A DNA stretch of 64,000 bases, from IMG/VR virus record IMGVR_UViG_3300044691_000229, positions 3,659-67,658 of that record; one strand, given 5' to 3'. Numbering within the stretch: the stretch's first letter is position 1; every line of letters begins with the position of its first letter. Both the position numbers and the translations under genes were made by a program. Below are positions 9,069 to 17,721 of this stretch, piece by piece. This DNA is from a virus. The notes beneath the pieces were generated by a model, which did no database searches, was not told the DNA's origin, and saw only the letters and a program-made list of their open reading frames with translations.

Positions 9069-9436
9069 AACGCCGCTGGTCACCAATGACAAAAAAGGAA
9101 CGTCATCGTTACTGGCGAGAGTGCATCGCGCAAGCTAAGCAACGATACCTCGCCCGGTGCCGAGCTCACGAGCCAGTGGGTGCATCGCATAAACACTGGT
9201 GCCAATGGTGCGAATGGAGAGACGAGCGGATCAAATACTTCAACGAAGAAAGGCAAAAAGTATATGGCGCAAACCGCAGTGAACACGCAGTCTACCTCAA
9301 CGGCCTTGCCGGAGATCAGCCCAGAGGAGCTCGAACGAGAGAGCCTCAAGCTGACCCCAACGCAGAAGAGCCAGTGGCAGGACACCATGTCGTTGATGGC
9401 GTGGACTTGCCCCGGGTTCCGGCATCTCTTCTATAA
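9065..9436 (+). CDS. Hypothetical basic/Trp-rich protein, overlapping the start of the VWA gene
   Basis: ATGA overlap with the previous ORF. Confidence 0.4.
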   Translation: MKRRWSPMTKKERHRYWRECIAQAKQRYLARCRAHEPVGASHKHWCQWCEWRDERIKYFNEERQKVYGANRSEHAVYLNGLAGDQPRGARTREPQADPNAEEPVAGHHVVDGVDLPRVPASLL

Positions 9437-10571
9437 GCTCCTCGCTAATAACAAGGGTGAGTATGGCGCGGTGCCAACTCACAGGGTCCCCGTAGCGGCC
9501 ACAGACGCGCGCAACATCCTGATCAACCCTCAGGAGTTCTTCAAGTACGACTTGAAAGAGCGCGTGTTCATCATGGGGCACGAGATCGTGCACAACGTCT
9601 ATGGCGACGTGGAGTTTCTCCGGAGATGTGCGCAAAGCGCGACGGTGTCAATGGACGACGGGACGACCATCCCGTTTCGCAACAGCACGATGCAGAAGGC
9701 GATGGACTATCGGATTAATGCTTTGCTGAAAGACAGCAAGATCGGCGCCCCGCCCAAGGACTGCTTGCTGGACGACACAATTGCCACAGCCAACGAGGGG
9801 GTGTGCGACGTCTACAAGAAAGTCTATGACGATGAAGAGAGCGGCGGGGCCAAGACAGGCAAGTATCAGTCGTTCGATCTGATCTTGAAGCCCGGCCAGA
9901 GCAACGGCACGGGAAGCTCGCAGCGCAATCAGCAGCAGTGGGGTGTCGAGATCGCCGCAGCGCAGACGCTGGAGGCGATGAAGTCCCAGGGCCGCGGCAT
10001 GGGCGCATTGAACAAGATGTTCGATCAGATGCTCAACCCCGTGGTGCCGTGGACGGACCACATTCGTGGTATTTTTAACCGCAAGGTGGGATCGGGCAGC
10101 TACAATTGGAAACGCCCTGACAGGCGTTTAATAATCCACGACATCTATGCGCCCTCAAGGTCTGGCAACGGCGCCGGCTGGGTAGTGTGCTGGGGTGACA
10201 CATCTGGCTCGTGCATCGCGGACGTGAACAAGTTCATGCCGGAGATAGCCTCCATCCTCGAAGACTGCCAGCCGCAGCGCCTGACAATCGTGTGGTGCGA
10301 TGACGGTATCCAGCGGATTGACGAGCTCGCCGAGCCTATGGACCTTGAGACCACCAAAGGCGACGGCGCCCCGGGCGGTGGCGGTACCAGCTGCACGCCA
10401 GTGTTCGACTGGATCGCCGAGCACACCGAGCGCCCCGAGGTGTTCATCGGCTTCACTGACCTGTATGTGGACTTCCCGCCTCAAGAGCCGGACATCCCGG
10501 TGATCATCTGGGCCTCGACCACGGACAAGGTGGCACCGTGGGGCGATACGGTTCAGCTCAACCCAAAATGA
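9264..10571 (+). CDS. Putative metallopeptidase + VWA domain protein (DUF2201-like)
   Basis: AATD, HEIVH (HExxH), DYRIN, MIDAS DTSGS, GGGGT and FTD motifs. Confidence 0.85.
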   Translation: MAQTAVNTQSTSTALPEISPEELERESLKLTPTQKSQWQDTMSLMAWTCPGFRHLFYKLLANNKGEYGAVPTHRVPVAATDARNILINPQEFFKYDLKERVFIMGHEIVHNVYGDVEFLRRCAQSATVSMDDGTTIPFRNSTMQKAMDYRINALLKDSKIGAPPKDCLLDDTIATANEGVCDVYKKVYDDEESGGAKTGKYQSFDLILKPGQSNGTGSSQRNQQQWGVEIAAAQTLEAMKSQGRGMGALNKMFDQMLNPVVPWTDHIRGIFNRKVGSGSYNWKRPDRRLIIHDIYAPSRSGNGAGWVVCWGDTSGSCIADVNKFMPEIASILEDCQPQRLTIVWCDDGIQRIDELAEPMDLETTKGDGAPGGGGTSCTPVFDWIAEHTERPEVFIGFTDLYVDFPPQEPDIPVIIWASTTDKVAPWGDTVQLNPK

Positions 10572-10774
10572 CTAAGTTAGAGCGGGCAGGGAGTATCCTG
10601 GCGTGCATAGAGCGCCACGACGCGAGATGGCACCGGCATCTTTGCTGTTTGCCAGAGCGTTGGCCAGAGGAATACGAGAAGTGCAAGGAGTGGTTCGAAG
10701 ACCGCGGAGAGTACCTTCGCAGCGAGTATCGCGCCAGCTTAGGAGGCCGCGAATTTAAATTACCGTCACGGTAA
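10568..10774 (+). CDS. Hypothetical protein (MTKLERAG...KLPSR)
   Basis: ATGA overlap; stop codon supplied by the palindrome. Confidence 0.5.
   Translation: MTKLERAGSILACIERHDARWHRHLCCLPERWPEEYEKCKEWFEDRGEYLRSEYRASLGGREFKLPSR
10760..10774. repeat. Dispersed palindrome copy (extends to AAATTACCGTCACGGTAATTT)
   Basis: Perfect arms. Confidence 0.95.
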
Positions 10775-10780
10775 TTTGCC

Positions 10781-10816
10781 CCCCTACAACTCCCGGAGTT
10801 GTAGGGGTATATTTTT
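10781..10816 (+). terminator. Intrinsic terminator
   Basis: CCCCTACAACTC-CCG-GAGTTGTAGGGG stem followed by TATATTTTT. Confidence 0.75.
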
Positions 10817-10845
10817 GGAAAAAGCAAAACACAAGGAGGTGATAA

Positions 10846-11565
10846 ATGCGTCGTCACGGGAGATATGTATCGCGTGCTCCAGACGAACGTTCTTCGATTG
10901 GAGATAGCTATGTTGTCGGGGCGGTGAGCAAGCTCAGCCGGACATGCGGAGCGACCGTCGCAACGATGACGCACTACCCGCACAGCCGGGAAGGCACGCT
11001 GCCCATGCTGTTTCGCGACGACGACCTTGCCAAGCTCGAAGCAGTACGCGGGATGGTCGATCCGATGAGCGACACTGAGGTCTATGGGATCGCCCCCGAC
11101 GTCCACCTGACTATCAACTATAAAGAGGCACGCGTGCCTACGATCGACGCTAACCGGCTCTTTATGCAGCAAGATCGCATCACACCGCTCGTGAGCTTCA
11201 TCGCCGAGGTAAAGGCCATCCACGACAAGTTCGAGGAAGTGAAGGCTGTCCTGCGTTGGCTTAATTGCAATGCCACCCCTGGAGCGATCCGGTATTACTG
11301 GCCGACGATACTTGAGCTCTGTCCCAACTCGCCGGCCTTTGCCGATCTTCAGAATGTGCCGACACGGTACCATAATCCCCCGGGTATCCATAACTGGTTG
11401 CAATCTATTAGGGATGCAGCAGCTACAGTAGCCGGCTCGCTGCTCCTCCCAAGTGATGCTGCGCCTCGCCTGAAGAAACAAATGTGGTTGACTTTCGCGA
11501 GTACGACTGTGCATCTGGGAAGCGAAATATTATATATTACGGACCAGATGACCTATTACCTCTAG
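10846..11565 (+). CDS. Hypothetical protein
   Basis: RBS AGGAGG; long ORF before the polymerase; the true start may be internal. Confidence 0.7.
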   Translation: MRRHGRYVSRAPDERSSIGDSYVVGAVSKLSRTCGATVATMTHYPHSREGTLPMLFRDDDLAKLEAVRGMVDPMSDTEVYGIAPDVHLTINYKEARVPTIDANRLFMQQDRITPLVSFIAEVKAIHDKFEEVKAVLRWLNCNATPGAIRYYWPTILELCPNSPAFADLQNVPTRYHNPPGIHNWLQSIRDAAATVAGSLLLPSDAAPRLKKQMWLTFASTTVHLGSEILYITDQMTYYL

Positions 11566-11572
11566 GACCCCC

Positions 11573-13597
11573 ATGCTGCCTTCACCGCCGCGCAAAAAGC
11601 ATCTTCTGCTGATCGACCTTGAGACCTACTGGGACAAGGACTATACCCTGCAGAAGATGTCTACCCCCGAGTACATCCTCGACCCCCGGTGGGAGTTGCA
11701 GATGGCGGCTGTGAAGGCTGACTACGAGCCACACCAGATCATCGACGGTCCCGATTTCGGAAAATGGTTGGGTCAGTATGACCCAACAATTACCACCACG
11801 GTAACTTTCAACAGCCTTTTCGACAACTCCGCGATCGCGTGGCACTACGGCTATGTGCCGCACACCATGCTGGACGCGATGGGCATGGCCCGTGCCCTCT
11901 TAGGGCACGAATTAACAAGCTTCTCGCTCGCCGCGCTATCAGAGTTTTTCGGTCTGCCGCCCAAGGGTCACCTGATGACGAAGGGCATGCGGCGGACTGA
12001 TATCATGTCGGCTGGGCTCTGGCCGAAGTTCTGCGACTATGCGCTCCGCGACAACATGAACGCCGAGCAGATTTTCCTGAAGCTCTATCCGCAGTTCCCG
12101 TGGTCCGAGCGTCGCATCATGGACATGGTGCTGCGCTGCTGCGTCGTGCCGCGGTTCCACGTCAATGTCCCCATGCTGAGGGATCACCTGAAGGACGTGA
12201 AGGCGGCCAAGGAGCAGATGCTGGTAGACGCTAATAACGTCGACCCCAAAATCATCATGTCTACGCCGAAGTTCAAAGCACTCCTGGAACAGCACGGCGT
12301 CGAAGTTGAGATGAAGCTCTCGCCGGCGACCGGCAAGGAGACGCCCTGCTTCGCCAAGACCGATGAGTTCATGGAGACACTGCAGGATCATCCTGACCCT
12401 GTGGTGGCCGCGTGTGCAGCTGCGCGCATAGGTTTGAAGAGCACACTTGAAGAGACACGAACCGAGAAGCTCTTAGGTATTGCCTCTCTGCCGTGGCCGG
12501 TCTCCGACGAGAAGATTAAAGCAAGTAGGGCCCTGGCAGCAGAGTTCGATCCTAACTTCACACCGTTGGATCACCCCACAGTCCCTCTGATGCCCATCCC
12601 ACTCAGATATGGCGGCGCCCACACGCACAGATTATCTGGCGAGTGGAAGATGAACATGCAGAACATGCCGACGGTGCGAGGCTCGAAAGGGAAGAGCAAG
12701 CTGCGGCTTAGCCTGCTCGCGCCTCCCGGCCACACCGTTGTCACTTGCGATCTCTCCCAGATCGAAGCCCGGCTCTCTGCGTGGATTTGCGGCTGTACGC
12801 GGCTGGTCGCCGAGTTCGCGAACGACAAAGACCCGTACAGCCTCCTGGCGGCCGAAATCTTCGGTAGGCCTGGGCTCAACCGCAAGCTCAAGGATGCTGC
12901 TGGAAATCTGGTCTACCCGATCGAAGGCTTCATCGGCAAAACCGGTATTCTGGGGCTGGGCTACGGTTGCGGCAAAGACAATTTCGACACGATGGTAGTC
13001 AAGTCGGCGCGCAAGGACGGGCTGGACATCTCGCAGAAGTATACGCGGGCGATCGGTGACAGGGCTGTCGACGCGTACCGCAGCCGCTACTACGAGATAC
13101 CGCGCGGCTGGCGCATCCTCGACCAGCTGATCTTCACCTCGTGGATGTCCGGCTCCGGGCAGGCGAAATTCGGCCCGTGTATAATCTCTCGCGGGAACGT
13201 GCTGCTGCCCTCGGGCCTGAGCCTTCGCTACGCCGAACCGCAACAGCGCATCAATAGCGCGACCGGGCGCACCGAGTATTGTTACCGCTACGGTAAATTT
13301 TGGCACAAACTCTATGGCGCCAAGTTCCTCGAAAACATCGTTCAGGCTCTGGCGCGCATCGTCGTGATGAATGCTGCGCTCCGCATCCGCGACCGCGGGC
13401 TTCACACGGTTAACCCTGCCGACTATTTCTTTAATTTACAGGCTCATGACGAACTTGTGTTCTTGGTTCAGAATGCAGAAGTTGACAGAGCGAAAGCGAT
13501 AATTTTAGAAGAGATGCGACGGCGCCCGTCGTGGGCACCAGACGCGCCAATCGATGCTGAGCTCGGTCAAGGCGCCTCATATGGAGCAGCAAAATGA
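11573..13597 (+). CDS. DNA polymerase, family A type with N-terminal 3'-5' exonuclease
   Basis: Exo DLETY / FNSLFD / YALRD; THRLSG...NMQNMP; motif A CDLSQIEAR; motif B GKTGILGLGYG; ENIVQ; motif C QAHDEL. Confidence 0.92.
   Translation: MLPSPPRKKHLLLIDLETYWDKDYTLQKMSTPEYILDPRWELQMAAVKADYEPHQIIDGPDFGKWLGQYDPTITTTVTFNSLFDNSAIAWHYGYVPHTMLDAMGMARALLGHELTSFSLAALSEFFGLPPKGHLMTKGMRRTDIMSAGLWPKFCDYALRDNMNAEQIFLKLYPQFPWSERRIMDMVLRCCVVPRFHVNVPMLRDHLKDVKAAKEQMLVDANNVDPKIIMSTPKFKALLEQHGVEVEMKLSPATGKETPCFAKTDEFMETLQDHPDPVVAACAAARIGLKSTLEETRTEKLLGIASLPWPVSDEKIKASRALAAEFDPNFTPLDHPTVPLMPIPLRYGGAHTHRLSGEWKMNMQNMPTVRGSKGKSKLRLSLLAPPGHTVVTCDLSQIEARLSAWICGCTRLVAEFANDKDPYSLLAAEIFGRPGLNRKLKDAAGNLVYPIEGFIGKTGILGLGYGCGKDNFDTMVVKSARKDGLDISQKYTRAIGDRAVDAYRSRYYEIPRGWRILDQLIFTSWMSGSGQAKFGPCIISRGNVLLPSGLSLRYAEPQQRINSATGRTEYCYRYGKFWHKLYGAKFLENIVQALARIVVMNAALRIRDRGLHTVNPADYFFNLQAHDELVFLVQNAEVDRAKAIILEEMRRRPSWAPDAPIDAELGQGASYGAAK
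11790..11804. repeat. Degenerate palindrome copy TTACCACCACGGTAA
   Basis: 1 arm mismatch; inside the polymerase (ITTTVT). Confidence 0.7.
13282..13296. repeat. Dispersed palindrome copy TTACCGCTACGGTAA
   Basis: Perfect arms; inside the polymerase (YRYGK). Confidence 0.9.
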
Positions 13598-14034
13598 GTT
13601 CGCCACCTGTCACTGTCTCTAAGAAAATTTATCTCGCCGGCCCCATGCAAAATATCCCAAACTTCAATTTCCCACGTTTCAACGCCGTCGCCCAAGCCCT
13701 CCGCGGCAGCGGCCATGAAGTATTCAACCCAGCCGAGAAAGACATCGAGCGCCACGGCGGCACCGACATCTCCGCAGGAAATTCCACCGGCTCCCTGGAC
13801 AAGTCCAAGACGGAGCACAAGTTCAACCTCCGACAAGCCCTCAAGGAAGACACGGCGTATATCTGCGACCATGCCGACTGTATTTGTCTCCTGCCGGGTT
13901 GGGAGAAATCCAACGGTGCGATGGCAGAGCATCGGCTGGCCGTGGCTCTCCTGTCCGAGGGGATGGAGATCGTCTACCTGGCCGACGAGCTGTGCGCGAT
14001 GATCGAGGGTACGGTGGACAAGTCCAATGCGTAA
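13594..14034 (+). CDS. DUF4406-like nucleoside 2-deoxyribosyltransferase-fold protein
   Basis: KIYLAGPM...FNFPRF...VFNPAE...LLPGWEKSNGA..E. Confidence 0.8.
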   Translation: MSSPPVTVSKKIYLAGPMQNIPNFNFPRFNAVAQALRGSGHEVFNPAEKDIERHGGTDISAGNSTGSLDKSKTEHKFNLRQALKEDTAYICDHADCICLLPGWEKSNGAMAEHRLAVALLSEGMEIVYLADELCAMIEGTVDKSNA

Positions 14035-14527
14035 GAACAACCCCTTCGACCACCAGTCCATCGGCAGCAAGAACGCTAGACGTGCCGCTACCGCGCACGC
14101 GCGGTCTCTTTCATCGGCCGCCGCGCACCCGCTTTTTCCCGCTAACGAAAATCCGCCCGCCGCCGCCGCGCCACCCGACCATCCGCCGCCGGCGCAGCGC
14201 CTCTTGCAGACTGACAGCAAGCAACGGAAGCGCTATCCGCTCTTCAGCGGCTTGATGGCCTATTTTCCCGATGCCTGCGCCGCGGTCGCCGAGGTGTCGC
14301 TTATCGGCAACGAGCAACACAACCCCGGCCAGCCACTACACCATGCTCGCGGTAAGTCGACTGACCATCTTGACTGCATCTTGCGGCACGCGGCTGAAGC
14401 GGGCGGGTTCGACGGCAAGATACGCCACAGCGCGGCCTTGGCGTGGCGGGCGCTTGCCAATCTACAGGAAGAGCTGGAAAACGAAATGGGTTTTCCTTTG
14501 CCCCGCGGCGCCAGGTCCGCGGAATAA
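14027..14527 (+). CDS. dATP/dGTP diphosphohydrolase-like (DUF5664-like) protein
   Basis: YFPDA..AVA.VS..GNEQH, D.ILRH, H.A..AWRALA.LQ. Confidence 0.7.
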   Translation: MRKNNPFDHQSIGSKNARRAATAHARSLSSAAAHPLFPANENPPAAAAPPDHPPPAQRLLQTDSKQRKRYPLFSGLMAYFPDACAAVAEVSLIGNEQHNPGQPLHHARGKSTDHLDCILRHAAEAGGFDGKIRHSAALAWRALANLQEELENEMGFPLPRGARSAE

Positions 14528-14542
14528 TTACCGCCACGGTAA
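14528..14542. repeat. Dispersed palindrome copy TTACCGCCACGGTAA
   Basis: Perfect arms; immediately after a stop codon. Confidence 0.95.
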
Positions 14543-14557
14543 CAAACGGGTTTAGAT

Positions 14558-14752
14558 TTGAGCACTCCGGCCAGGGACGAGCGACGAGAACAAGAACTGG
14601 CGCGCGGCCAGCAAGTGGCAGCGCTGCAGATTTTGTCGGAGCGGTTCAACCCAGACCATGTGCCGGAAACCCACCCCGTGCCGGTGTCCAAAGAGGAACG
14701 CCGGCGACGTGACGAGTACCGCCAACGTATGGGAGCGCAGGTCCAAAAATGA
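14558..14752 (+). CDS. Hypothetical protein
   Basis: Fills the gap, coupled to the next ORF; TTG start. Confidence 0.4.
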   Translation: MSTPARDERREQELARGQQVAALQILSERFNPDHVPETHPVPVSKEERRRRDEYRQRMGAQVQK

Positions 14753-14993
14753 ACAACAGCTTTATCACGGTGTCCGACGTAGAGCGTCTTGCCAAAGCCG
14801 GCGTCACGATCACGTTCGAGGCCATCAAGGATAAGGTCCTTAGCGATCCGATGCGACTGAGTTCAAGGACAAGGTCTACGTATTTGTGGCGCCGCGCACT
14901 GCTGAGCCGTTCATGCTGACCGACGCGGCATCTCTATATCCATCCGACAAACTCATGGCCGAACTGGCGTTGTGGGAAAGTACCAACAAATGA
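14749..14993 (+). pseudogene. Apparently frameshifted small gene (MNNSFITV... then ...VYVFV...LYPSDKLMAELALW)
   Basis: The 3' protein-like frame opens at 14844 after TAG without a start codon and ends coupled (ATGA) to the next gene; the 5' part is in another frame. Confidence 0.4.
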
Positions 14994-15724
14994 AGATCGA
15001 AGGTCACCCTAAAGCAGCGCCGCGCCAGAAGGCTTGGGCCTGGAGCTACTCCAAGCTGAAAAACTTCGAGGTGTGCCCGAAGAAGCACTACGAAGTCGAT
15101 CTCGCGAAGACCTACGAGGAAGAGGAAGAACCCGATGGCCCGCTCGCGTGGGGTAACCGGGTTCACAAGGCACTGGCGGCGGCTCTCTTAGGGACGGCTG
15201 CTCTGCCAGCTGAAATGAAAGAGTATGCCGGATGGGTTGACCGGGTTAAGCACGGTCGTGGGCAGCTGTTAGTTGAACAGAAATTTGCAATTAATCGGCA
15301 GTTCCAAAAGACGGCGTATTTTGCCGATGATGTCTGGTATCGCGGCGTCGGCGACGTCGTGCGTATCGACACCCCATTCGTTGCACGGGACGGCACTCCC
15401 TGCCATCTCGCGTTGGTGATGGACTGGAAAACAGGCAAGATTTTGGAGGACCCGGTTCAGCTGATGCTAATGGCCCAGTGTATCTTCAGTCACTATCCAA
15501 CTGTCACTCATGTGCGGAGTGAGTATGTATGGCTGAAGGACGACTGTACCACGCCAGAGCTCTTCACGCGTAAGGAAGTCGGCGACCAATGGATCGGGCT
15601 TCTCGACCGCGTCAACGCACTAGAGCACGCCGCCAAGACCATGAACTATCCCCCCAAGCCCGGTCGTCTCTGCAAGCGATACTGCCCTGTTGAAAGTTGT
15701 CCCTTTCACAAGAAGGGTGCGTGA
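14990..15724 (+). CDS. Cas4-like PD-(D/E)xK exonuclease
   Basis: WSYS...FE.CP, G..VH, VGDV, DWKTGK, QL..MA and C-terminal LCKRYCP...CP Fe-S cysteines. Confidence 0.85.
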   Translation: MKIEGHPKAAPRQKAWAWSYSKLKNFEVCPKKHYEVDLAKTYEEEEEPDGPLAWGNRVHKALAAALLGTAALPAEMKEYAGWVDRVKHGRGQLLVEQKFAINRQFQKTAYFADDVWYRGVGDVVRIDTPFVARDGTPCHLALVMDWKTGKILEDPVQLMLMAQCIFSHYPTVTHVRSEYVWLKDDCTTPELFTRKEVGDQWIGLLDRVNALEHAAKTMNYPPKPGRLCKRYCPVESCPFHKKGA

Positions 15725-15939
15725 TGGCAATCGAAGATCACTATCCCGATCACAATGACTGGACGCGCACGCCAGTCTGGCACCCCAGGTTCTGGTTGGG
15801 GTATCAGATGCGGCGTTGGCGTTGGGACGGCTACTCGATAGGAGACTTCTACGATGGCATCTGGGAGTATGCGAGCTACAGACGTTGCGCTCATGAAGCG
15901 CTGGAGCAAATCGGTACAGGATCATATGGCAAAGCATAG
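15721..15939 (+). CDS. Hypothetical Trp-rich protein
   Basis: Coupled start after the nuclease. Confidence 0.45.
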   Translation: MMAIEDHYPDHNDWTRTPVWHPRFWLGYQMRRWRWDGYSIGDFYDGIWEYASYRRCAHEALEQIGTGSYGKA

Positions 15940-16216
15940 TGGGCTCAGCGGTGTCGGCTCGTCGCCGCGTAACTGGCGCCCCGAGTGGCACCGCACACCG
16001 TGGTGGGCGTTCTGGCGGCCGGCGTGGCGCAGGGAAAAGCCCGGCATCTTTTTTGGCACCACGCCCGAGTGGGAGTACCAGACGCACAAGCAGCGTGCTC
16101 GCGAGTTTTTGAAGGAGAATTTTAGTGACGAAGAGCAACTTACGCGCAACGTTTGGGCCGCGAAAACGCCGCACTATACCACCATGGGGCTTGGCGGCAA
16201 AAAAGCCAAAATCTAA
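15926..16216 (+). CDS. Hypothetical protein (MAKHSGL...)
   Basis: RBS AGGA. Confidence 0.5.
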   Translation: MAKHSGLSGVGSSPRNWRPEWHRTPWWAFWRPAWRREKPGIFFGTTPEWEYQTHKQRAREFLKENFSDEEQLTRNVWAAKTPHYTTMGLGGKKAKI

Positions 16217-16391
16217 GCCTGCCCGACGCGGCAAGGTAAAACCGGTGAAATATACCGGGCCGGCGTGGATCGGACAGTCACACACAGCGAGGTTAGTCAA
16301 TGGAACATAAACGTGTTTTTGAGTTCACGATCAACTTCTGGTACGTCGCCTATTGGCTAGGCGTGCTGGTCGTCTATCTGGCGGTGTTCCG

Positions 16392-16706
16392 ATGACTACG
16401 CTTGAAGAAGCCCTCACGGAAGCTGCGCAGCGGGGCCTCACGCATCTCACGCTCTATCCGACGTGGAGCAACGACGGCAAGACCATCTATTGGAACGCTC
16501 GCGCGACGCCGTCGACAGGACACCAGTATGTCAGCGCCGCGCACAGCGACCCGGTGGAGGCCGTCCGCGTGGTGCTCACTGATCTGCCGCGTGCGAAAAA
16601 GCGAGTTACCGCCACGGTAACCGCGGAGCAGCTGTTGCGAGAATTCGGCAATAGCGAAGTTATATCCGAACCCGAACCGTCACTAAGTCCGGAGCAGTGG
16701 AAGTGA
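16392..16706 (+). CDS. Hypothetical protein (MTTLEEAL...)
   Basis: ORF coupled to VRR-NUC; contains a palindrome (VTATVT). Confidence 0.6.
   Translation: MTTLEEALTEAAQRGLTHLTLYPTWSNDGKTIYWNARATPSTGHQYVSAAHSDPVEAVRVVLTDLPRAKKRVTATVTAEQLLREFGNSEVISEPEPSLSPEQWK
16606..16620. repeat. Dispersed palindrome copy TTACCGCCACGGTAA
   Basis: Perfect arms. Confidence 0.95.
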
Positions 16707-17218
16707 CACCGGAAGGCAAAGTAAAGAAGATGGTCAAGAAGGCGCTGGACACTCTAGGCGCCGACTGCTGGCGCTTTATGCCTGTGCAGACTGGCTTTGG
16801 CTCGCCGGCCCTCGACTACCTTCTCTCTATACGTGGCCGGTTCGTGGCCATCGAAACCAAGGCTCCGGGGAAGACGCTCACACCCCTCCAGGAGGGGACT
16901 AAAGCCGCAATCGAAGCGGCGGGCGGGATAGTGCTCGTTGTCTGGGACGAGGGCTCGCTCGCTATTGCACTGAAGATTTTACTCGCCATGGAGTTCGCAC
17001 CTAATGCCCCCACGATTAACAACAAGTTCGGAAGTCTTTCCCAATGCCTCAAATACGGCAAAGGAGACTACACCGGGAAGATCGAAGCCAAGCGTATCGA
17101 CAATCCGAAAGTGCAAGGGGAGAGTGACCAACTCCTGCGCTCCCTCTACCACAGCGCAGCGACTTACCAGGCAGTTGGCCGGGATCATGGCGCACCTCCA
17201 AATCCACCCAAACGATAA
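16703..17218 (+). CDS. VRR-NUC family nuclease / Holliday junction resolvase
   Basis: TPEGKVK, FMPVQTG, LDY, FVAIETKAPG, TPLQ, AAGG. Confidence 0.85.
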   Translation: MTPEGKVKKMVKKALDTLGADCWRFMPVQTGFGSPALDYLLSIRGRFVAIETKAPGKTLTPLQEGTKAAIEAAGGIVLVVWDEGSLAIALKILLAMEFAPNAPTINNKFGSLSQCLKYGKGDYTGKIEAKRIDNPKVQGESDQLLRSLYHSAATYQAVGRDHGAPPNPPKR

Positions 17219-17267
17219 GCTCTCGCAGATGCGGGTGTCGAAAATCAACGATTTACTGCGACGGTAA
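17004..17267 (+). CDS. Small protein with a partial ribosomal S15-like motif, overlapping the VRR-NUC tail
   Basis: RBS GGAG; LTRQLAGIMAHLQIHPNDKLS; stop lies in a degenerate palindrome. Confidence 0.5.
   Translation: MPPRLTTSSEVFPNASNTAKETTPGRSKPSVSTIRKCKGRVTNSCAPSTTAQRLTRQLAGIMAHLQIHPNDKLSQMRVSKINDLLRR
17253..17267. repeat. Degenerate palindrome copy TTACTGCGACGGTAA
   Basis: 1 arm mismatch. Confidence 0.65.
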
Positions 17268-17270
17268 CAA

Positions 17271-17489
17271 ATGCGCCTGAAACATTTTCCGCAGATCAAA
17301 GCGCGCCGCGGGGACCCGAGGGGCTATACCAGCTGGTTCTGCACAAAGCGGTTTCTTGCCGAGTGTTGCGACTGCGCACTGGTGCATGAGTTTCAATTCA
17401 AAGTGATCGACGGCAAGCCTGCGTTTCGGCTACGTCGGGCCAACGGATACACGAGACGCCAAAGGAAACTTCGCAATGACCCTCGATGA
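17271..17489 (+). CDS. Hypothetical protein with CCxCxxxH motif
   Basis: ECCDCALVH; similar to 26032..26217. Confidence 0.6.
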   Translation: MRLKHFPQIKARRGDPRGYTSWFCTKRFLAECCDCALVHEFQFKVIDGKPAFRLRRANGYTRRQRKLRNDPR

Positions 17490-17721
17490 CAGACTAGAAG
17501 AGATAATCGACATGCTGCGAAACGAGGTTGCGGCGGCGATGCGCAAGCACCGCTCGATGGCAAGCCCACACGAAGGCCACTCGGTGATCCGGGAAGAGGT
17601 TGACGAGCTCTGGGAGCATGTTCGTGCCGACACCGGGGACACGCCAGAGGCACGCAAGGAAGCGCTACAGGTGGCGGCGATGGGCATTCGGTATGCAATG
17701 GACCTGTGCGATCCAAAATGA
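17476..17721 (+). CDS. MazG-like all-alpha NTP pyrophosphohydrolase
   Basis: HEG..VIREEVDELW...RKEALQVAAM. Confidence 0.65.
   Translation: MTLDDRLEEIIDMLRNEVAAAMRKHRSMASPHEGHSVIREEVDELWEHVRADTGDTPEARKEALQVAAMGIRYAMDLCDPK

Noticed and set aside
13594-14527. Z-base (2-aminoadenine) or deazaguanine DNA modification pathway
   Set aside because: No PurZ, QueC/D/E, FolE or DpdA homologue recognised in the window
14990-15724. Cas4-like gene as evidence of a CRISPR-Cas system
   Set aside because: Solo Cas4-like nucleases are routine in phage replication modules; no array or other cas genes are present
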